Origin: Azolla caroliniana
Lineage: Eukaryota; Plantae; Polypodiophyta
NCBI GenBank assembly: GCA_043228905.1
Contig: JBHGNT010000012.1
Coordinates: forward strand, 3,286,001 to 3,350,000
Length of the DNA stretch: 64,000 nucleotides
Direction: 5' to 3'
The notes below the pieces were generated by a model. It saw only the letters and a program-made list of their open reading frames with translations, had not been told where the DNA came from and ran no database searches. How positions within the stretch are numbered: position 1 is the stretch's first letter; each line of letters starts with the position of its first letter. This document shows, one piece after another, positions 11,912-23,716 of the stretch. Both the position numbers and the translations under genes were made by a program.

Positions 11912-14900
11912 GTAGATCAAAGTGCCCATACTACGATTACATGTAACTTGCATGGCTAGGAAATAGGATAGGGGACCTAAATTTGTTATTGAAAATGCTT
12001 TGGAAAGTTCCAACTTTGCTTGAGTAATTTCGGATGGAGTTCCAACTATAGGAATGTCACAATGGATATATGAAAACAAAACTTCTATTACATATAAGAG
12101 TAGTTCACAATGGTAGTTTACCCATGTGCTCACACCTTAGAGCTAAGATAGGATATGGACCAGCTCACTACAAAATTAGTCGGGACTAATGATCAATCCA
12201 ACCACTATGTAAGAAAGTGGATTATATTCTATGTTGGTCTGAGTATAACATTAAATGTCCAAGTCAGTTGATAGTAGTGGAGATATTCCTTTTCTGTCAA
12301 CTGACTTGTCATTTAATATGACCCAATTCCCTAGATATAGGCCAGTGCTAGATAGTACTTATCTTGAAGTCAATGGCACATACCTCAAGACTAAGTACAT
12401 CGTAACTTGCCCACAAAATATTCTAGTTGACTTTATTAGCCAATCCTATTACCTATTTCGCTCTTTCCTAAATACATTGTGTCCTACACATTTACGGTTT
12501 CCTAGATTAACACCTTATCAACCCATATGGTTGAGTTTCACACTAGCCACTCCTCATTTGGGGTGTTATCACAAAATGTGCACTCGAAGAGCACATATGG
12601 GGATAGATTTACAACTTCATGTTGATCATTGATTATATCTAACAATATACAACCGGTTTCATCGTTCAGCCCTTGAATTGTGTTGAGGTGTATAAGGAAT
12701 GGTAAATCGTTGTTGAATGCCATGATTTTGGCAACAATTTTGGAACTGTTCAGACTTGAATTCTCCACCATTATCTGATTGGAGTACCTTAAGGGGTAGG
12801 TCTTGTTGATTTGTTACAAGTTTATGATAGGATTTAAATTTCTCAAGGACTTGATCACTACGTTTTGTCTTTAGAAAGGTGACCATTGTGAAATGCGTAA
12901 AGTCATCGATGAATGTTAGGAAATATACATTTCCAAATATGGATGGGGTAGACAAAGGGCCACATATATTTGTGTGTACTAATTGGAGGGGTTTAGTGGT
13001 GGTTGTTGGATGTGATGGAAATGGCGAGTTAGAGAGTTTTCCAAAGATACACCCTTCGCAAAGGGATAGTTTCGATTTACGAGGAAGAGTAAAACCAAGT
13101 GTGATATGTTGTCGGGCCATGTGAACCATTATTTGATGGTTTAGGTGACCTATCGATAGTGCCATAGTAAGGTCGCATAGTTTGATGTGCTTGAATCATC
13201 TATGTGGTGTGCTTCTTCAGTATGGACCACTGAGCGACCTAAAAGGTAAAGACATCCTTGTGTCAGACAATTAACAACATAACCTCGGCTAGAGGGTGTC
13301 TTGTGACGAATGATACAGTATTTCTGGTAAAACTCGACCGACGTATTATCATTTGTGAGTTTATTGACAGATATCAAGTTCTTTGCTATGTTAGGTATAA
13401 AATAAACTTCATTGACTTCAATGAAGTGCCAATCATAAAGTTCAAGATGGGCAGTCCCATGTCCAAGGGCCTATTCAACCCCATTGTTCCCAAATCTCAC
13501 CGGGAAAGGATGTTCTAAGGGCTTATAGTTTTTTAGCCATTCAACTCTTGAGGTAAGGTGACATGTGGAACCTGTATCAAGAATCCACATTGAAGTGGAA
13601 GAGTGAATAAATGAAGTGAGGGCCATGAAGGCAATGAAGGAGTCTTGATTGTCCTCATCGGAATTTTGGTCACTATGACATATGTTATCATTTTGATCAT
13701 CATCATATGATGCATTGTCAGATTGGTCTTCTTTATATGTTCTTTTCCCTTTGTTGTTAGAATTCCTATAACAATATTTCGTTTCATGTCCACTCCTTTG
13801 ACAATTTTTGCAAAAGGATTTAAGGAACCTAGATTTGTTATGATCTCTTGAATCATTAAATTTGCAGGTTCATGAATAAAATTTGGAGTTAGTAGGTTGG
13901 TATGTTGATCTAGGTTTATTGTAAGGTTTTGTATTGTATTTTGGATGTTTGATATAAAATGCGGTGTGAGATGAGGAGGGTTGATTTATTGCCCTACAAA
14001 GTATGTTTTCTTGTGAGATTGATGCCACTAATGTTAGGACACTAATGTTGATTGATGATGATTTTGTGCTTATAAATGGTTGCCATGATGGGGATAGGGC
14101 GCTAACAAGAGGGTGGATTGAACGGAACTTGGCAAACTAAGTCCTAAAAGGATCACATCATCAAGGGGAAGTCTCCAAATTTTGACAAATGTGTCAACGT
14201 CATCATTTTCATTCATATTCATATTTATTAATGTTTTTAAATTGGCAACTTGGGACGTAACGTCCGTATGGAGGTAGTCAACCTCCAATCTATCCCATAT
14301 TTGTTTGGAGGTAGTCAAGGTTCTCACACTTTGCTTAAGTGTGTCCTCCATATGAAGGAGAAGTTCTAAGCGAGCGTTTAGATCACGTCGCTTCCACGTT
14401 TGCACGTCGAGTGCATTTGTGGGGTCATGAATGTCAAGGGACACATCGGTTCCATCAACGATCTTTAACAAATTATATTGTTCTAATATAATTTCCATGG
14501 TCATACACCATGGTTTATAGTTTTTATCATTCAATTTTTCAATGTGATAAGTGCAAGATGATACCTGGGCGGTATTTGCCACCACATTCGCTATCGGTCC
14601 CGCTTTTGACATGGTCGAAAATCGTTTCTTTAATTCACACGTTCGTTATTGGCACCCCGAAAAAAATTCTTGGTGGGGTTGGGCTCCTTCACCGCTCTGA
14701 TACCATGTAGAAATTAAGAGATGGAAAGAGAGGGAGAGAGAGGGAGAGAAAGAAACTTTTATTAATGGAGAATTTCTCTCTCTCTCTACAACCAACCGAC
14801 CACAGAGAGAGAGATTGTGGTGGTTATAGGTGCACCCTATTTTTGGGGGGCACCTTTTCATATTGTTTAATATCCTTTCGTTGTGTCTATTTTTATATTT

Positions 14901-14930
14901 ATTTATTGTAACTAATTAGTTTATTACAAT
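11912..14930 (-). mobile_element. Degenerate, internally deleted Ty1/copia (gag, protease, integrase, RT fragment; PBS and probable 5' LTR)
   Basis: rc PBS GCTCTGATACCA at ~14694-14705, followed by TGTAG...TTACA. Gag 14070-14612 (IEKLNDKNYKPW); integrase 12659-13165 (CEGC, HTNICGP, SDNGGEF); RT fragment near 11912-12133 (LGPLSYFL). Confidence 0.88.
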
Positions 14931-14931
14931 A

Positions 14932-15639
14932 GTTGTAAAGGGAACAAGTAAGATGCTAAGCTATTTGTGTATGGATTCATAAAACCTGATGGTCTACTAG
15001 TGACTGGAAGGAGCAAAGATTAACGCTCAATGGATTGATTATTAAAGGAGCAACACATTTCAACGTAGGATCTAATCAACAGTAAGTTATTCAAGCTACA
15101 TACTACGAAGCTTCGGCTACTCAAGCTGCTATTCTTCAAGAACTTGTCAAAAGAGAGGTAATCTCCAAACTCTCTTACTTAGTAAGGTCTTCTTGTTGTT
15201 CCACTATGTTTGGGGAAATACACCTTCTAAAGGTATTCCTTTCTTCTCTAAACCTAGAAACAAGAGAGGATTCACTCGTCTTTGGTTTACAGAAGAGACG
15301 ATTTGCTTCTTCTTTTTTTAAATATGCTTGCTCACTTGATGTGAGATTGTGAAATTGGAAGTTGCTTATTTAGTCGCATTCTATTTACTTCTAGCTAAAA
15401 TACGTGTGAGGTGTTGTTCTTAGGCGAACATAGATAGTTCTTGTTTTTTGGGGGCCTATGATAGTTACGAATGCATATCTTTTTTGAACACGGTGATAGT
15501 TGTACTTGATACTAGCTAGTGAGTAGCATCCCAACTATCAATAGGTGCTTACAGTTGCAATCAACTAAGCTTACTTACCACCTAATGGCATCTTAAATGT
15601 CTCGGTTTCGAGTACCCCACATGGTGGTTCCCATAGAAA
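14932..15639 (+). repeat. ~710-bp direct repeat, copy 2; immediately precedes gag of the + strand copia (probable LTR/leader)
   Basis: Matches 11201-11911; gag ATG at 15647. Confidence 0.9.
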
Positions 15640-15646
15640 TTACTCT

Positions 15647-18600
15647 ATGACTAGAAAAGACCACCTTCAGATTTGTAAGTTTGACGGATTTAATTTTGCC
15701 TTGTGGAAGAATTAGATGACAGATATTCTGATTCAAAGAAGGCAATTAAGGACATTAAGTGACAAAGCCAAGAGACCCGAGGGTATGACCAATGACGAGT
15801 AGGAAGGGCTCGATCTCTTTGCAATGTCCACCCTAAAAGTGCACCGAGCTGACAATGTATACCTCACGGTATTGGACTATGACTCAGTCGAAAAGTTATG
15901 AACTAAACTATGTAGTATATACAAAAAAGAGACCGCATCAAATAAAGTTTATCTAATGAGAAAACTTTATGATCTTCAAATGAAGGACACCGATAGTGTC
16001 ACCTTTCATTTGAATGACTTTGATGCAATATGATCCCAATTACAGGCTTAGAAAATGACTATGGACGATGAGCTAAAATGTGTATTTCTATTATGCACTC
16101 TGCCTAGCTCATGGGACACATTTTGCACCGATGTTAACAATAGTGCACCAAGTGGGAAACTAGTCTATAATGAAATATGTGGAGCACTATTGAGCGAAGA
16201 AATTCGTAGAAAATCTATGATTGAGTCACATATTGGAGATGCATATAATGTGTAGGAGCGAAATGAGAAACACTGTGGTAGGAGCTAATACTGTGGTAGG
16301 AGTGAAATGAGAAACAATAACGGAAATGATAGAGGTAGAAGCAAATCTAGGAAGAAAAATATGGAGTGGCATTATTGCTATAAGAAGAGACACCTCAAGA
16401 AAGATTGTTACACCCTGAAAATAAGGAAAAAGATAATGCTAAATCCAAAGGTGATGGGCATGGAAGATAATCTTGTGGTCCCTCTTCCTTTGTGGAAATA
16501 GAGGAAGTAAACACAACATGTGATGAGACGAACATCTTGGCCTTAGATGATGTTAGCACACATGTTGGGCTGAATATGGTTTTTTCTCCATCCCATACAT
16601 GGTTGTTGGACTCCGGTGCATCATTCCATGCGACTCCACATAGAGAGTGGTTTACATGTTATGAAGCCAAGTCACTTGGGAAAGTTAGACTTGGAGACTC
16701 ACATTAGTGTGATGTGATTGAAATTAGAGATATCGCAATGCACTTTAGTGATGTTCTCATATTACCATCAAAGATGTATGCCATGTCCCTCAACTAATTT
16801 GTAGTTTAATTTCTGTTGGTCAGCTTGATGACAATAGATATAAGGTCATATTTTCTTCCCAATCCTTTCGTATAATGAAAGGAAATAAAAATGTTGCAAA
16901 AGGGAACAAAGTTGGTTCCCTCTGCCTTCTATTTGCACATAAAAAAGAACATTTGTTGGCTAGCACAGATCAGCCAATGACGAGCATTTGGCATAGTATT
17001 TGGCATGGCTGTTTGGGCCGCATGTCACGAAATGGCATGGAAATTCTATCTCATTATGGCTACTTACCTAAGTTGTCATTCTCCGATATTTCATTATGTG
17101 AATATTGTCAACATGCTACGCAAACCAGAAGTGCACATAAAACCCATGTTGACTTATCCACCAGACCATTGGATATTGTTCACACAAATGTTTGTGGACC
17201 TATGCCCACAATATCTCTGGGTGGTGCATTGTACTTTGTTACTTTCATCAATGATGCCACTAGGAAGGTTTAGGTTTATCCGATTTTAAAGTGAAAGGAT
17301 GATGTATACCCTACTTTCGGAAAATGCCTTGTTTTGGTTGAGTTGGAAAAGGACATAAAGCTTAACGTTTTACCTTTCGACAATAGAGGTGACTATACCT
17401 CTGACGAATTTGGTGACTTTTGTAAGTCTAGAGGCATTTAGAGATATTTTACTGCTCCTTATACCCCTGTCCAAAATGGTGTGGCTAGGAGGATGAATAG
17501 AACCATCTAGGACAAATTTGTCTCTATGCTACACCATGCAAACCTCTCGCAAGGTTTTTGGGCAGAAGTTGTTTTAACAACAGTCCATATGATTAATCTA
17601 TCACTGAACATAGCCATTGGTCTAAAAGTAGCACAAGAGTTGTGGACAGGCAAGACACCTCATTATGCCCATCTTAGAGTTTTTGGATGTGAAGGATATA
17701 TACATGTTCCAAAACAACTAAGACAAAAATTAGTAAATAAATGCAGAAAATGTATTTTCCTTGGTTATGGAATTCATGAGCAGTTTGGATATCGCTTATG
17801 GGACCATGACACACATATTGTTGTCAGAAATAATGATGTAGTTTTTTATGAGAATAAAAATGCATAAACAGACCGTAAAAGAGGTAGAAGTGAGAAAGGT
17901 CATGTTTAAGGATATTGTGCCTGCTATTGATGTAAAAACAGAAAAAACTTATTGATGTAGATGGTTCTACATGTGCTCAGCCACGAAAAACTCTTGTTGG
18001 TCAGCATGATGATGCCCAAAATAATGATGCTCAGCACAATGATGTACAAAATGATGATTTTCAGCAAGAATATGCTCAGAATGATGTTTCTCATGCTGAA
18101 CCTGATGGTATTCAGGTTCAGGAATCATTGAGGAGATCCACGCGAGTCTCCAAAGCACCTAGTAAACTTTCTGATTATGTAATGCTATCAGATGTCGGTG
18201 AGCCTTCATGTTACAATGAAGCTATATCTATCCACGATCATGCTAATTGGAAACAAAAAATGCAAAATGAGTCAAGGATAGTATCCATAAGAATGAAACT
18301 TGGGATTTAGTGCTAGTTTGCCTAAAGGTAGGAAAGCACTACCATGTAAATGGGTATATAAGTACAAATACACATCTGATAGTGTTCTTCCCAAGTATAA
18401 AGTTGTCATTGTGAAAAAAGGTTTCAAACAAGAACAAGGAGTCGATTTCGATAAAATCTTCTCTCTGGAGTGAAGATGACTAAGTTGCACATGATGCTTG
18501 CATTGGTTGCAAAAAATGATCTTGATTTATTTCAAATGGATGTAAAAACTACTTTTTTGCATGGAGATCTCGATGAAGAGATCTATATGGAGCAACCAAA

Positions 18601-19757
18601 GGGTTTTGAAGTTTATGGGAAAATGTCTTTGGTACATGTAAACTTAAGAAAAGTTTATATGGTCTTAAGCAATCACCTCGAAAATGGTATCAAAAATTCG
18701 ATGCTTTTATGAAGTCCCAAAGTTATGCTAGCAGTAATGAAGATTTGTGCTTATATATGAAGAAATGTATAGACGACTCATATGTGATTTTGATACTCTA
18801 TGTAGATCACATGCTCATCGCCTATAAAAACAAGGATAAGTTGTCCAAACTAAAGAAAAAATTGAGTCAAACCTTTGATATGAAATTTTTTGGAAATGCA
18901 AAACACATTCTTGGAATGCGAATTACTTGGGATAAGAGTAATGGATGTATTTACTTGTCTCAATTTGAGAATATATGCAAAATACTCAAGAGTTTTAATA
19001 TAGAGAGTACAAAGCCTTTGAGCACACCATTATCTATGCATGTTAAATTGAGCAAAGATGAATGTCCCAAATCTGATAATGAAAAGGAGTTCATGAGTAA
19101 AATTCCTTGCCAGTTTGTTGTTGGTAGCCTTATGTACGCCATGATAGCAACTAAGCTAGACATTGCATTTATAGTGGGAGCTATGATCAGAATTTTGTGA
19201 AACCGTGGTAAGAAACATTGGGAGGTAGTTAAAATGATATTGAGATATCTGAGTGGCATCAAGAATAAGTGTCTATGTTTAGGTGGCAGAAATGTATCCA
19301 TTATTGGATATATACAAACTCTGATTATGCTGGTTGTTTTGATAGTAGACAATCTACTTTAGGCATTTTTTAGTTTATGGGAGGTGCCATATCTTGGAGA
19401 TCTTGTCTCCAACAGTGCACTTCTCTATCCACTATAGAAGTAGAGTATGTTGCAACTAGTGAAACATGTAACGAAGCTGTATGGCTGTCCAAATTAGCTT
19501 GTGAGACGAGCATACCTCAACTTGTACCCATACTATTTTGTGATAGTCAGAGTGTCATTGCGAGGGCCAAAAACCCAATATACCTTGCAAAGACCAAGCA
19601 CATTCAACTGCGATATCACTTCATTTGAGAATGCATAGTTGTTGGCTACATCAGTCTTGAGAAAGTTGTCTCTCAAGAAAATGTCGTAGATGCATTGACA
19701 AAAGCTTTATTGCATGATGCGCTAGAGCATTGTTGTCACTTGATGGGAATTACTTAG
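15647..19757 (+). pseudogene. Degenerate Ty1/copia gag-pol; 3' UTR and PPT continue at 28792-28906, beyond the inserted DNA transposon
   Basis: Fragments with many stops and frameshifts: KFDGFNFALWK, LLCTLPSSWDTF, WLLDSGASFH, HTNVCGP, LRVFGC, QMDVKTTFLHGDL, YVDHML, CDSQS, TKHIQLRYHFI. Terminal TAG at 19755-19757; PPT-like AGTGGGAGA at 28897-28905. Confidence 0.92.
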
Positions 19758-19793
19758 AACATGTTCGCGTTCACAAGTGGAAGGATCACGCAT
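19758..19793 (+). repeat. Left terminal inverted repeat
   Basis: Inverted copy at 28752-28787. Confidence 0.93.
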
Positions 19794-20125
19794 AAATGGA
19801 AGGATAAGGAAAATTTTGGTTGATTTTTGGGCTTTTTCAATGATTTTACAAAACATATTGATACCAGTATCATACATGTTCAAACATACTATGAAAAAGG
19901 TTAAAAATCCACTATTTCCGTGATTTAGAAGTAACTAAAAAAAGAGGAATTTCAAAAAGTTACATTCTCAATTTATATCACAAACTTTACAACCAATGTT
20001 ATTTTATAAGAAAAGATTTTCTAGAAATCATAAGAATTCAAAACACATGCTTTTATATTACTCGATTTGTTACAAGCGGAATGTATTTACACTTAATAGC
20101 CAAAAATACATTCATGATCATTCCT

Positions 20126-22872
20126 TTACGGAGAATCACTACTATAACTAATATACAATGACGATTCCTCCTCGTCATCCTCGGATGTACCAATCAGTGC
20201 ATTATCTTCGTCATAAACCAAATGGTTTGACTCTAGATTATATGTAGCAGATCTCGTTTGCCTTTGACTCGAGCCACCTTGTAGACCTGGTAATTTTTCT
20301 TTTATTATATCTATTGTTGACTTCCTTAATCGTCCGGCTTTTGTAACTGTGAAGTCGTACACAATGATATCCACATCAGAGATATCAAGGGTAGAGGTGT
20401 TACGAATGTTTCGCTTCCTCTTCCTACCTCCCCTTCTTGTTGGGCATTCAATCATCTCCAATCTACACTTACCTGTAAAAGCATTTGCACTTCTAGTGTT
20501 GTACCAATGAACGTTTGTAGACTTGATAGTGTTTTCTATTTCATGCATTAGCACTTCTAGAATTTTACCAACCCAAAATTGGTGGCCATGTGAATTCTCA
20601 TCATCCGGCGTTGCAATCAACATCCCCGCCGTGAGCTCTTGCAAATTGCCTTGCCATCTAGCTTCGGTTACTTTGGTCATCCTTGGTCCCACATAAATGT
20701 CTCCTTATTGTGGATGGACCAATCTGTCATTAATCGCATTTGTTGGTTGCTCCGGAGTTCTATTTACACGATTGTGTTGCAGCGACCATGTGAATGGCAT
20801 TTCCAGATTCCAATTATCACCAAATACACAATTGTCTATAATTCCTTTCTGATCACTATAAAATACATCCCACCATGACGTGTCTTGTTGTGCAGCATAT
20901 TTCTTGGCGGCCTCAATATGCTTTCTTTTTTCTTCTAAGGCTTGGAGCCATAACCGTTTTTGTTCCGATACCAAGTCACTCTGCAACTGTCCTTTCTTCT
21001 CAATTGGCATTTGCTTAGCTCCATGGACAATTGTACTCGGCATACAAAGTAATAACTGGCAACCACCTTCAAGTTCCCATGTTGTAGAAGATGAATATTG
21101 TTTAGCATACAAAAGTGTAGAACCACTTATTTCATTTTTCTTTATCATAAAAATGTGATTGAAGCTTATATTGTTTAACTGGGCAAGCAATTTAACATTC
21201 CCAACACCCCCATCTAATATATATCTCTTAAAGTCACATACCTCCTTCAAGTGTAACACTTTTGGGCGTGGTGTATATGCATCACAAATGACATCAAATA
21301 GTTTAGGTAATGTGAAAGCATCATGCCGAGACAACTGTCTGGAGAATGTGCTAAACATCTGATCTATATGATCATGTGTGTGGCCAACCAAAAGAAAATT
21401 GACTTTCACTTTCCTAAACAATCCTTGGTTGACCAACATACTTAGATAGCCAAACACTGTTGAATTTTTGTTCTCTCTAGCAGTATTGTCCAATTGAATG
21501 TATAGAATAGGGGGGGAAGGTTGGCCCCAAGACATCAAAACTCGGTGAATCACTATAACTGTTAGCTTAGTGTCATTGTGAACATTGGGGCATGTAATAA
21601 AGATGTGAGGTCTAACAGACCTATTATAAGGTAAGCATCCCACCAAGTGCATTTGAACAAGGCACTCATCATTGACGTCTTTGGGGAGCCTCCGCATATG
21701 CGGCAAGCACGTCTTCTTCTGGTCCATGCCATCTATCATTAAGCACATGTATTGTTCGGGCCTCTTCAAACACTTCTCTCTATGATGCATCGCCTTCTTT
21801 CGTTCTCACGATTGTGCCTCACCATGCTCTTGTAGTAACTTCTTACTCATATCCTTTTCCATTGATGTCTTTGCACCTTTAGCCAAACTTTTAAGATTTG
21901 CACAAATGGAGCAATACCCCATGCGTACTTTACGTGGAATGATAACATTTGAAAACTGAGCTCTCCATAATCTTGTGAATTGGCTATATGTGACAGACTT
22001 ATTACGTGAGCCCACCATATTAGATCGATAGACATCATAAACTTCCCGACGTGTGTAATTATCAGAAAGGTGCATCTTACCTATAGTGGGCATTACTTCA
22101 CAATTTAATTGAAAGTAAGTTTTCATCCAACCAATAGCATGTCTTCCAATTGCACCTTTCATACTTGGAACCTCTTTACAATTGAGCATCTGATCCCCGC
22201 TAAGTAGACGTTGTTGTACGCTATGTAGCCACATGTTACTAACACATAATGCAATTTTGAATGCAACTCACATATCTGTTACGCATTGAAGATATAATAC
22301 TCGAATGATACTTTGATCCCCATACATTTGTCAGACACTCGTTGCATATGAGACCCGAGATAAGTTTCTTGCTCATCACCAGTCATCGAAAAATAGTATC
22401 GCCTTAATTCTCGTAACTTTGATTTTCCAATCATAGACATACAACCACGAGCACAACATATTTTTTTGACATCAAATCCAATCTGTTTATCTGATGTCAC
22501 TGAGTTAAATCTAGCCAGACGAATTCTTTGTGGGATTCTTCTAATATGCATAACGCTTCTAGATTTCTCTTCCTGCATAGATGTTGGTGTAACCTTGTTA
22601 CTATCCAATTCTTTGTTGTGACCATTGCCCATGATATTCGATGTTTCATTGGCACTACCTTCATTCTCTGTATCTTTATTAATATCGTATTCTTCAATAG
22701 AGAACTCTTCACATGTGTCATTATTCACATTCGTTGTAGGTGAAGATGAGCTCAGACAATACTCTTCGATAGAATATGGTGAGTCTGTCGACAGACAATA
22801 TTCTTCAATAGAAAATGGTGAGTCTATCGACAAACAATATTCTTCAATCGGGAATGGTGAATCTTCACTCAT
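20126..22872 (-). pseudogene. Sola-like (DUF7869-type) DDD/E transposase, ~915 codons, 1 frameshift plus in-frame stops
   Basis: ORFs 21806-22234, 20705-21790 and 20126-20692 share one frame separated by single stops; 22279-22872 joins by frameshift. Motifs IDGMDQ, LQLDNTARENKN and FLLVGHTHDHIDQMFS; Cys clusters CCARGC and CSIC. The family assignment is from motif recall and is supported by the TIRs and 4-bp TSD. Confidence 0.8.
22745..22862 (-). repeat. 39-bp x3 coding repeat in transposase N-terminus (DSP.SIEEYCLS)
   Basis: SPFPIEEYCLSID / SPFSIEEYCLSTD / SPYSIEEYCLSSS in ORF 22279-22872. Confidence 0.9.
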
Positions 22873-22935
22873 GGCTTAAGGTCTAGGCAAAGGTCTTTAA
22901 GTTATGTGCTTAGGCTAAGGCAAAAAACTAATAAG

Positions 22936-23620
22936 CTCCTCTCTAAACATATACTCCTCTCTAAACATAAATTCCTCTCAAAACATAAACTCCTGTCTAA
23001 ACAGAAGCTCCCTCAATATAATGTCTATAATATTTAATATTATATTAATACAATACATAAAAAATAAATAAATTATTATAGTAATTGTATTTAACATATT
23101 ACTAATTACTTAAACTAGTCTATATGAAGTTAAATCAAGTATAATATAATTACAATCATTACCAAGCCATATATATGTTGGATTAAAGTTAAAATCATTG
23201 GTTAATTAATGGCACCCATATTTAATATAGAACTTCTCAGTCATTGGTTCATTAATGGCACCATTTTAAATATAAGAATTTTCAATCATTGGTTCATTCA
23301 TGCCCACATCTTTAATACAAAGCAATTAAGAGTCATAAAAATGTTGATTTCAGTAATCAATCATTGGTTTATTCATGAACCTCTATCATTGTTTCCTTCA
23401 TGACCTTCAAAGTCATTGTAAGTTATTTTGACTATAAAATATTCATCAATGTGTTAGTTTGACTTTGTAATCATTAATGCAATCATAAGTTACTCAAGTT
23501 AATGTGACTATGGTTACTAACTAACTAACCTCACGCTTGCCAACCCTGGTTAAGCTGACTGTGGTTACTTTAACCACTGTGGTCAATCCCTATAAATAGG
23601 AAGACCTCGTCATATTTCAC
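22936..23620. promoter_or_regulatory. Divergent promoter region of the transposon
   Basis: TATAAATA at 23591, ~125 bp before ATG 23717. Four TCATTGGTT (rc CCAAT) motifs at ~23196, 23241, 23286 and 23361. CTCCTCTCTAAACATA-type ~18-bp repeats at 22936-23010. Confidence 0.5.
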
Positions 23621-23716
23621 TCACACAAAACGCAAGAGCAAACAAGAGCACACAGAGCAAACAGAGCACGAAGTACGATTGCAAGATCTCCACCTAATAA
23701 TCGACAAATATCAACC

